Notes under the pieces: model-generated
Databases searched by the model: none
What the model was told of the DNA's origin: nothing
The model's input: the letters and a program-made list of their open reading frames with translations, nothing else
Made by a program: the position numbers and the translations under genes
From: a virus
Strand: one strand, 5' to 3'
Length of the DNA: 64,000 nucleotides
Virus record (IMG/VR): IMGVR_UViG_3300045955_000166
Coordinates: 5,468-69,467 of that record
In this document: positions 9,526 to 18,700 of the stretch, piece by piece
Position numbering within the stretch: position 1 is the stretch's first letter
Layout of the letters: the number at the start of each line of letters is the position of its first letter

Positions 9526-10176
9526 ATGGCTTTTTCAGATTGGCAATTTTATAGTGGTGCTGCACGAATAGATTGGTCATTAGATCTTATTGCTCCTATT
9601 ATGGGAACAAGTTCATTAAAAGCACTATTAAATAACTCTGCTGGTGATCAAGCAAATGGTGTTGTAAAGGCTGTAAGTGGACGAACAAAAGGCATTGAGC
9701 AAGGACGAATGCGTACACTTATTAAAACAGATACAAGTGGAAATGCAAATAGATATGGAATTATATGTTTACAAAGTACAGATAATGTCTCTACAGCAAC
9801 CCCAAATGGGTATTTTTTAGGGTATACACGAACAGTAACTGATTTAATTGTTGCACGATTTACAAGTCAATTGTGGAGTTCATCTGTAGCACTTGCTAGT
9901 ATTGATGCCGCAGCTTGGGTAATTCAAGGAACTACGTTTAGTTTATTAACTGAATGGATTGTTGATACAGCAAATTTAGGTGGAGTGTATTTTGCTATTT
10001 CTACAGGAGCAGCTACAGATTTTTCAGATTTAGCAGTACGATTAAAACATATAGATCCTACTGGATCTGCTCATATTGCCGGAGTAGCAGAAGGATTAGG
10101 AGCGAGTTTAATATCTTTTACTGGTGGTGTTCCTTATACACAATTTGATCAAACAGAATTATATAGTTTACAATAA
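9526..10176 (+). CDS. Putative tail tip beta-sandwich protein, paralog 3 of 3
   Basis: KGIEQGRMRTLIK, EWIVDTANLGGVY, ATDFSDLA, FDQTELY shared with 7047 and 7699 ORFs. Confidence 0.6.
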   Translation: MAFSDWQFYSGAARIDWSLDLIAPIMGTSSLKALLNNSAGDQANGVVKAVSGRTKGIEQGRMRTLIKTDTSGNANRYGIICLQSTDNVSTATPNGYFLGYTRTVTDLIVARFTSQLWSSSVALASIDAAAWVIQGTTFSLLTEWIVDTANLGGVYFAISTGAATDFSDLAVRLKHIDPTGSAHIAGVAEGLGASLISFTGGVPYTQFDQTELYSLQ

Positions 10177-10188
10177 GGACGGTAGTTT

Positions 10189-10986
10189 ATGAAAAAACGA
10201 TGTGGAAAATGTTTACGATATAAATTTTTTAATGAATATTGTAAAGATAAACATACTTCATCTGGACTACAATCATATTGTAAACAATGTAAAAATGAAT
10301 GGCGTACTGGAATGCCATATATTCCAAAAGTACGAGTAATTTCTGGTATATATGAATATGCTAATATGTATGAATATCATAAAAAGTATAGACAAATAAA
10401 TAAAGAAAAATGGATAGCATATCGAAAAAAATGGTATATAAAAAAAATGCAAGGACATATTTATCAAAGAAGGAGAGGAAAAATTATTCCTCCAAGTAAG
10501 GAAGGAATGAGGGTATGTACGATTTGCTATGAAGAAAAAACTCTTGATGAATTTTTTATTTCTCGTATAGAACCATTAAAATTAGAACATCAATGTAAAA
10601 TATGTCGCATGAAAATAATGATGGAACTTTATTGGAATACAACAGTATATAGAAAATATATATCTCCAACTTTGAATACACAAAAAATATGTAGTATGTG
10701 TAAAGAAATAAAAAATATAGATGAATTTTATTTAAGTAGTTTATGGGCAGATGAACATCAATATCAATGTAAAGAATGTCGGTCAGAATATCAACATAAA
10801 AAAAGATTTAAAGGAACAAAAAAAGGATTTCCTAAAAAACATTATACATGTTCAGTATGTTATAGTGAATTTACAAAAGAAAATATTGTTAAATTATTTA
10901 ATGATGATATAGTATGTTTATCTTGTACTTCTTTTGATTTAGAAGAATCATTAGAAAAGATAATTGGTAAACCTGTTCTTGTATAA
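10189..10986 (+). CDS. Multi zinc-finger protein (repeated CxxC...EF...CKxC modules)
   Basis: Eight CxxC pairs; three KxCxxC..K...E[FY]...CK.C repeats as in HNH-associated Zn fingers; no HNH core recognised. Confidence 0.6.
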   Translation: MKKRCGKCLRYKFFNEYCKDKHTSSGLQSYCKQCKNEWRTGMPYIPKVRVISGIYEYANMYEYHKKYRQINKEKWIAYRKKWYIKKMQGHIYQRRRGKIIPPSKEGMRVCTICYEEKTLDEFFISRIEPLKLEHQCKICRMKIMMELYWNTTVYRKYISPTLNTQKICSMCKEIKNIDEFYLSSLWADEHQYQCKECRSEYQHKKRFKGTKKGFPKKHYTCSVCYSEFTKENIVKLFNDDIVCLSCTSFDLEESLEKIIGKPVLV

Positions 10987-10994
10987 GGAAATTT

Positions 10995-11702
10995 ATGGGG
11001 AAATATAATGGTAATGGATATACGAAATTTGAATCACTTCGGGCTTTAACTCAAACTCAAAAGGAATATATCAAAGCCATACATTCTTCAGTTGTTACAA
11101 TTGCAGTAGGTGCTCCTGGTACTGGTAAAACCTTCTGTGCTGCTGCATTAGCAAGTCAATACTATTACAAAGGTGATGTAGAACGTATTACTATCATACG
11201 TCCTACAGTACCTGCAAGTAGACCAATTGGGTTTATTCCAGGTGATGCTCAAGAAAAAATGGAACCTTGGGCAACACCAATTTTAGAAGTGTTAGAAGAA
11301 AAATTAGGCGCAAAATATTATGATGGCAGGAATAATGGAACTATTTATACATATCCTATCATGTATTTACGTGGTTCTACACTTCGTAATTCTTTTATTA
11401 TTATAGATGATTCGCAAAATTTAACAAAAGAAGAACTTCATTTAATTCTCACGCGCATAGGTGAAGGAAGTAAAGTTGTTATTACAGGAGATTTATCACA
11501 AAGCGATTTGTTTATAGAAAATGGTTTGTCTTTTGTTATTAAAAAAATACAACAACTTGAATTATCTGTGCCAATTATAACTTTTACTGATGGTGATATT
11601 TGTCGAAGTCAAACATGTCAATTATGGCACACTATTTTTACATCTGTGGTATTGCAGGAGAGCATATATGAAGAATATAACAACAGTAATGGACTTAAAT
11701 AA
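10995..11702 (+). CDS. phoH: PhoH-like ATPase
   Basis: GAPGTGKT, IIRPTV, GFIPGD..EKMEPW, YLRGSTL, LTRIGEGSKVVITGDLSQSDL. Confidence 0.95.
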   Translation: MGKYNGNGYTKFESLRALTQTQKEYIKAIHSSVVTIAVGAPGTGKTFCAAALASQYYYKGDVERITIIRPTVPASRPIGFIPGDAQEKMEPWATPILEVLEEKLGAKYYDGRNNGTIYTYPIMYLRGSTLRNSFIIIDDSQNLTKEELHLILTRIGEGSKVVITGDLSQSDLFIENGLSFVIKKIQQLELSVPIITFTDGDICRSQTCQLWHTIFTSVVLQESIYEEYNNSNGLK

Positions 11703-12198
11703 TTTAATAGATAAGTACATTGGTACGCCTTATAGAGAACGTGGAAGTAATGATGGCATGGATTGTTATGAGATAGCACGTACATTATATAATGAAGGTC
11801 TTAACTTAAATATGTCAACATTTGCTCCTGATAATACAGATAAATTTTTTGAATATTATTGTAAAGATTATGGTTGGGAATTTCCTTGGGAAAAATTACA
11901 ACAATGGGACATGTTATTAATTCATTCTGTATTACATCCTGTAGATCATTGTGGCATAGTATTAAATACAACAGAATTTGTTCATAGTATTTTACCTCCT
12001 GGTGTATGTATAGGGAAAATACAACAATATAAACATAGAATCTATCAAATTGTTCGGCCAAGAATATTTGGAGAAGAATATGATGATGAAGCACGTGCAA
12101 TTATTGAAAAATCACGTTCAATAATTTTACGACAAGCTACATTTGATCAAGAAGATATATGGAAAGAAAATAATATGAAAGCGAGTGTGTATGAATAA
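11668..12198 (+). CDS. NlpC/P60 tail tip assembly protein (gpK-like, no MPN domain)
   Basis: YIGTPY...GMDC, HCGIV, FVHS catalytic motifs; SD AGGAG before ATG 11668; precedes TipJ. Confidence 0.85.
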   Translation: MKNITTVMDLNNLIDKYIGTPYRERGSNDGMDCYEIARTLYNEGLNLNMSTFAPDNTDKFFEYYCKDYGWEFPWEKLQQWDMLLIHSVLHPVDHCGIVLNTTEFVHSILPPGVCIGKIQQYKHRIYQIVRPRIFGEEYDDEARAIIEKSRSIILRQATFDQEDIWKENNMKASVYE

Positions 12199-15100
12199 AG
12201 TTAAAATAATTATGTCACCATTCAAAGGGATGAATGGTGAATATCATACACTCGAATATGAGGTAGAGGAAGGGAAATATCTTCATGAGATTTTTCAAGA
12301 TTGGGATTTAAATGCTGTTAATATTGCAGTTAATGGAACATCTATTGAAGAAAAAGCATTATATTTACCTTCTGCAAATTCAGAAATTATTGTATCTGGA
12401 CAAATAGGTATTCCTTTTCTTATTGTTATTGCTATTTCTATCATTATTTCTGTTGTATTAAGTGTTGTAATGATGTTGTTGTTTCCTGTTAAACCACCTA
12501 AATTTGAGCCACCAGAAAAAGAAGGATCAAGTTTTAGTTGGTCTGGTATACAAACAACACAGGGACCTGGAAATGTAGTACCAATTATTTATGGCCGACA
12601 TAGAGTAGGTGGACAATTATTAACAGCTTATGTTGAAGAACGAACAAATAATCAAGAGTTCACGATTCAAGATCCTGTTTTAAATATGTTGATATCTGTA
12701 GGAGAAGGTGAGATTGAAGAATTTGAAATGGATACCGTAGAAATTAATGATCAACCAATTAGTAACTATCAAGAAATTTCTTTGGATTCACGTTTAGGTA
12801 CACCAAATCAAACACCTATACCTTTTTTTACGCAATCAAAGAATACATTTGATCAAGGTAATATAGATTTTTCAGAAAATCCAGTTACGTATACAACATT
12901 AGCAGCAATAAATGGATTTATTATCCATGTAGATTTTGCTGCGGGATTATATCATATAGATGCTAAATCTGGTGTACGAGCAAATAATACATCGACATGG
13001 CAGTACAGATATAGACTTAATGTTGGTCCTGGTTCATGGTCTGCTCCTCAACGTATTTCGACATCAACAGATCAAAAGAAAACTGTCCATCGTCCTATTA
13101 AAGTTGAGAATCTTCCTCTTGCTGTATATGATATTGAAATTTCACATGTAAGTGCTACGTTTACTGATGATCAATCAGAATTTAAACCATATTTAACAAA
13201 AATATCTGAAATAGTTGATGTAACAGAAGCATTTCCGAATACGGCTTTATATGGTTTACGAGTTGTTGCAACAGAAAATTTACAAGGTTCATTACCTAAT
13301 GCTACAGTTATTATTAAAGGAACAAAAGTTAGAGTAGGATCTTTTTTAAATACCCCTATATATTCAGAAAATCCTTCATGGTGTTTAATGGATTTTATGA
13401 CAAATGTACGGTATGGTTTAGGTTTACCAGATGAAGAAATTGATTTGGCTTCTTTTATTGCTTTTGCAAGTTATTGTGATGAATTTGTAGATGTTGATGA
13501 AGATCATGATGGAATAGCTGATGCTCAAGAAAAACGTGCAATCATTAGTTATGTTATTGATACTGATGCTGATGCACCACAGGTTATTGATGAAATTCTT
13601 ATGCCGACAAGAGCAGTATTAGTAAAGACTGAGGGATTATGGAAAGTTAAGATAGCACAAGATAGTGTTCCTGTTCAATTAATTACGTGGGCATCAACAA
13701 TACGAGATTCTGTTATTTTGACATATATACGAGATTCTGAAGCTACGAATGTCTTAGAATGTCGTTTTTCAAATAGTAATGATGATTATGAGCAAGATGT
13801 TTTAGTATATCCGAGAGTTGAAGATTGGCCTTATCAAGTTAATAAAAGTTCATTAGAATTTCGTTCGGCAGCCCGACCAACACAAATAGAACGAGAAACA
13901 GCATTTAATTTAGTTTCAAGACGTTATCAAAAACAGGCCATAGAATTTGAAATGAATATTGCAGGAATGATCTTTGAGATTATGGATGTGATTCGTTTTT
14001 CACACCCATTGCCTGGATATGGATGGTCTGGTAGAGTAGTTGAAAATTATGGAGCAACAGTAACAAACACAAGAGAAATAGTCCTTGATTCAGAAGTTCC
14101 GTTTGCTCCTGGTGGTATTTATCATGTATTTCTTCAAAATAAAGATGATGTGCAAAATGTGAGATTGTTAGTAAATCCAGCATCAACACAAACAGTAAAT
14201 ACAAGAGTTCTTCAATTAGATGCAGCAGAACCAGATCTTACATTTGTACCATCTGAAGGTTATACCCAATGGGCATTTGGTAAAGCAGAACCATTTAATA
14301 CAGCTTATAAATTGTTTCGTATTACAAAAGTTGAACGTGCTGGTGATTTTATTATTTCAGTGACAGGGGTTGAACATAATCCAACTATTTTTGATCCATT
14401 TACAGCAGAATTATTGCCAAGTCCATCACATTTAATTAAGCCTGATGGACCACCACCACCTTTGATTCAGTTAGTTGGATTTGAAGAAATTTTCCGCGAT
14501 GCTACAGGAAACTTAAATAATTTTATTGTTCTTGAATGGGATGTTATGCAAGTTGAAGAAGCACGTAGAGTAAATCCACGTATAAAATATGGTGTATATG
14601 GTGGAGGATTGGTATATAGACGATATGTAGAAGGAAGTGCTGTAGCAGGATCATTATTAGTAGGTGAATTTCTTGCTGCTGAAGCTGGATCTCAAGATTT
14701 TGATAATTTGTCAGGTTTTAATTTAGTAGGATCTGTCACAGGACAATATGCTTTTCAATATAAAGAATTAGCTCCACCTGTAGGTACGATTATTCAATAT
14801 AGGGTTGTACCTATTTCGGTACGTGGTACTCCAAATTATGATGGACTTCTTCAAGTAGAAATTACTGTCACAAATATTGATGTGACTCCTCCTGCTGCTT
14901 CAGTAGGTTTAGTGGCTGAAGGTGGTATTAGAGCTATTGAACTTTCATGGTCTAATCCTACTGTGTTAGATTTTGATGGGGTAGAAATTTGGGCATCTAA
15001 AATAAATAATAGAGCAGCAGCAACAAAGGTTGGTTCAGTATTTAATGGTGGAGTAACGTTTTCACATACAGGTTTAGGAAATTTAGAAACATGGTACTAT

Positions 15101-15595
15101 TGGATACGTTCATTTGATTATGCAGGCAACTTTAGTCCGTTTCATCCTGAAAGCCCAACAGCAGGAGTATCAGCTACTACACTCGATGGTTTTGGAGATA
15201 ATTTACGTTTAAGTGGAAATTATTTGTATGCAAATAATGTTCCGTATAATGCATCAGGTGTTCATGTAGGTGAAATTTATATTGCTGATGCTATGGCTAT
15301 AGCAACAATTACTGCTGAATTTGCTGTGGCAAATGAACCAAACGAATTAGCAGTAACATATTTCTATGATGGTCAAGAACATTGGATTTATTTACTTGAT
15401 GAACCAGATGCCGAAGGTTCACGCTATGGCGCACAGGGTAATAATGCTGTTGTATATAATACAAAAACTCGAATGATGGGAGCCATAGCAGCAAATACAA
15501 CTATACCTATTAAACTTTATAATATTGAAGATAGTAATACATCAACTGTCACATGGGTACGTGTAATGATTTATGGTTTTTCAGCCGGAACATAA
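12185..15595 (+). CDS. Central tail tip / host specificity protein (gpI-like N-terminus fused to TipJ/gpJ, with FN3 domains)
   Basis: VPIIYGRHRVGG, ISVGEGEI, SENPSWCLMDFMTN.RYGLG, FN3 YYWIRSFDYAGNFS. Confidence 0.92.
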   Translation: MCMNKVKIIMSPFKGMNGEYHTLEYEVEEGKYLHEIFQDWDLNAVNIAVNGTSIEEKALYLPSANSEIIVSGQIGIPFLIVIAISIIISVVLSVVMMLLFPVKPPKFEPPEKEGSSFSWSGIQTTQGPGNVVPIIYGRHRVGGQLLTAYVEERTNNQEFTIQDPVLNMLISVGEGEIEEFEMDTVEINDQPISNYQEISLDSRLGTPNQTPIPFFTQSKNTFDQGNIDFSENPVTYTTLAAINGFIIHVDFAAGLYHIDAKSGVRANNTSTWQYRYRLNVGPGSWSAPQRISTSTDQKKTVHRPIKVENLPLAVYDIEISHVSATFTDDQSEFKPYLTKISEIVDVTEAFPNTALYGLRVVATENLQGSLPNATVIIKGTKVRVGSFLNTPIYSENPSWCLMDFMTNVRYGLGLPDEEIDLASFIAFASYCDEFVDVDEDHDGIADAQEKRAIISYVIDTDADAPQVIDEILMPTRAVLVKTEGLWKVKIAQDSVPVQLITWASTIRDSVILTYIRDSEATNVLECRFSNSNDDYEQDVLVYPRVEDWPYQVNKSSLEFRSAARPTQIERETAFNLVSRRYQKQAIEFEMNIAGMIFEIMDVIRFSHPLPGYGWSGRVVENYGATVTNTREIVLDSEVPFAPGGIYHVFLQNKDDVQNVRLLVNPASTQTVNTRVLQLDAAEPDLTFVPSEGYTQWAFGKAEPFNTAYKLFRITKVERAGDFIISVTGVEHNPTIFDPFTAELLPSPSHLIKPDGPPPPLIQLVGFEEIFRDATGNLNNFIVLEWDVMQVEEARRVNPRIKYGVYGGGLVYRRYVEGSAVAGSLLVGEFLAAEAGSQDFDNLSGFNLVGSVTGQYAFQYKELAPPVGTIIQYRVVPISVRGTPNYDGLLQVEITVTNIDVTPPAASVGLVAEGGIRAIELSWSNPTVLDFDGVEIWASKINNRAAATKVGSVFNGGVTFSHTGLGNLETWYYWIRSFDYAGNFSPFHPESPTAGVSATTLDGFGDNLRLSGNYLYANNVPYNASGVHVGEIYIADAMAIATITAEFAVANEPNELAVTYFYDGQEHWIYLLDEPDAEGSRYGAQGNNAVVYNTKTRMMGAIAANTTIPIKLYNIEDSNTSTVTWVRVMIYGFSAGT

Positions 15596-15703
15596 GATTA
15601 AATTATTTAATAGAGGAATAGAATGTATGAATACATTGTTATATACAGAATACAAATTAAATAATTTAATCTGTATGATTTTTATTATAAAGGAGAATTA
15701 AAT

Positions 15704-18700
15704 ATGGGTGCTATTGGTAGTGGGACATCTACATCTTATCCAGTGACGCTTGATACATTATTATATGTATCACCTGGAGGATTATCTGATTATACAAATG
15801 GTCCAAACCCTATTGCAGATAGTCAGTCAAGAGTAGATGCTGAGTTTATGAATGATGTGATAGATGCACTTATCGCTATTGAAACAGAATTAGGTACATC
15901 ACCTTCAGGTGTCTATGGTTCTGTAGCAGAACGATTTGATACTATAGGTGGTGCAGGTGGTGGTTTTCCTGGTGCATCTACAGATAATGCTATTGTGAGA
16001 TGGAATGGTTCAACAGGAACATCATTACAAGATAGTGTTATGATCGTTAGTGATACTGGTAATGTAGAAGGTATTGTTGATTTAACTATTACACGTAACC
16101 TTCTTATTGGTGGGACAGCAGCAGGTACATTGCTTGATAATGGCATAGTAATAGCATTAGGTGTTGGACCTAGTACACAACCTACGAATGCTGTACAATT
16201 ATGGGCAGCAGATAGAGCAGGATCACCAGGAAAAACATCATTACACGTCAGGGCAGAAGATGGTACACAACATGTTTTTGGAGATCGTGTTGGCATAGGT
16301 ACAGTAGCTCCTTCTGAAGCATTAGAAGTTGTTGGTGGAATTAAATTAGGAACTACGGCATTATTAGCAAATGGTACGATACGTTTTACAGGGGCAGATA
16401 TTGAAGGCCGCATTAATGATAGTTGGGTGTCTATGACAGCGGGTAGTGCAGGAGGAACAACGTCAGGTATTTGGACATGGACAACACAAACCGTAACCCC
16501 GCCACCAGGACAACGTATTGGTGTAAATAATTCAGTCTATGATTTAGCTACGCAAATGTATATTACAGAAGTAAGTGCAAATGGGACAGATTCAAGTATT
16601 CTTTTAGATGATTTGAATGTTGGTGATACTATATATATTCAAGATAAAATAGATTCATCAAAATATGTGCGTTATACAGTAGCGGGGGATCTTACAGATA
16701 GTGGAGATTATCGTACAATTCCTGTTACTTTTGTAAGTACAGGTGTTGCAAATATTTCTAATAATGCTGAAATTTATGTCCAATTTAATCTTTTAGGTAT
16801 TCATGGATCTGGAGCAACAAATGCTGTAACTATATGGACAGATCAGTACACGTTAAGTGCTGATGCACAATTACATTATGAATCTACTTCAAATAATTTT
16901 GGATTAAAAGCAACCACATTTGGGACAGGTGCTCAAGGTGTTTTGGCTCTTGCATTAGGGAATGCTCCTACAACATCCCCTGTAGATACTGTGCAATTGT
17001 GGGCAGCGGATAGAGGAGCAACAGGAGGAAAAACAGGACTCCATATACGAACAGAAGATGGAACTTCACATGTGTTTAGTGATTTTGTGGGATTAAATAA
17101 TTTAACTCCATTAGCTGAATTAGATGTTGTTGGTACACAACGAATTACACGTAATGCTACTTCTTCAAGTACACTGTGGAATGTCTTGAATGTTCGTGTA
17201 AAAGGAACAACAGATTCATTAAGTCCAGGTTTTGGTTCATATATAAGTTTTATTAATGAAAACTTTTCTGGAGCAAGTTTTGAAATAGCAAGAATTGCAG
17301 GCTCAAGAGGTCCAACAGATACTGATGGTATTCTTACTTTTTATGTTGCAAATGCTACTGTTTTTGCAAAAACAATTTCTATTGATAAAGATGCAAACCT
17401 TCGGATTAATATGTCATCAGTTGGAACAGGTTTAACACAAGGTATAGTAATAGGATCTGGTATTGCTCCTACTACATCACCTGCTGATGCTGTGCAATTG
17501 TGGTCTGCTGATCGTGCAGCTACAGTAGGAAAAGCCTCATTACACTTACGTACTGAAGATGGTACTTCGCATGTATTTGGGGATAGAGTAGGTATAGGAA
17601 CATTAACACCTGGTTTTTCTCTTGATGTTGTTGGTGCTATTAATGTAAGTGATCCAACAAATACACGTAGTAATTTAGGTTTAGGAACAGCAAGTACACC
17701 TGAATTTTTACGCATAGGTATAGGAACACCTTCTACTGCCTCTGCACCACTTATTTTTGCAACAGGTACAGTACAGAAAATATTGTTACAAGGTGATTCA
17801 ATATCTACACGATATGGTTTTGGACTTGCTTCTCTTGCATTGCAAATATTTAGTCCAACAACTGCTCGTATTGATTTAGGTGGGATGAGTACAGTAGATG
17901 GCACAACATTTACTTCAAATTTAAGTGTACATAATACAAGTGGGAACATAGGTATTGGCACAGGAACATTTGGTACAGGAGCAACAAAAACACTTGCATT
18001 GTTTAATGGTGTAGCTCCTACAACTTCTCCTGTAGATACGATTCAAATGTGGAGTGCAGATAGGAATGCTACAGCAGGCAAAGGTTCACTACATCTCCGT
18101 ACAGAAGATGGAACTTCACACGTATTTGGAGATAGGGTAGGAATAGGAACTACTAATCCTACAGTAGCATTAGATGTTATCGGCGCAATAAAAGTAAGTG
18201 ATATATCAACAACACAAACAAATCTAGGTATTGGTACAGGTTCAAGTACCCAATTTGATAGATTAGGATTAGGAACAGCAGCATCAGCAGATGCACGATT
18301 AACATTTCTTGCTGAATTAGGTCAGAAAGTTTTATTATATGGTGATAATATTGCAGTCCGATATGGTATGGGACTTGCTTCTGGTACTTATCAAATATTT
18401 TCTGCATCAAATGGTACTGTTGATATCGGAAGCATGTCTGCTGCTGATGGTATAACATTTACGAATAGACTTTCTATTCAAGGTTCTAATGGAAATATAG
18501 GTTTAGGAACAAAAACTTATGGGACAAGTGCAGTACGAAATTTTGTACTCTTTGCAGGAACTGCTCCTACGACTTCTCCTGTTGATGCTGTATCATTATG
18601 GACAGAAGATCAAGGTGCTGTTGCTGGAGAAGCAGCATTGACACTTCGTACTGAAACAGGAATAGTACATTCATTTGGAACAAATATAGGTTTTGGTACG

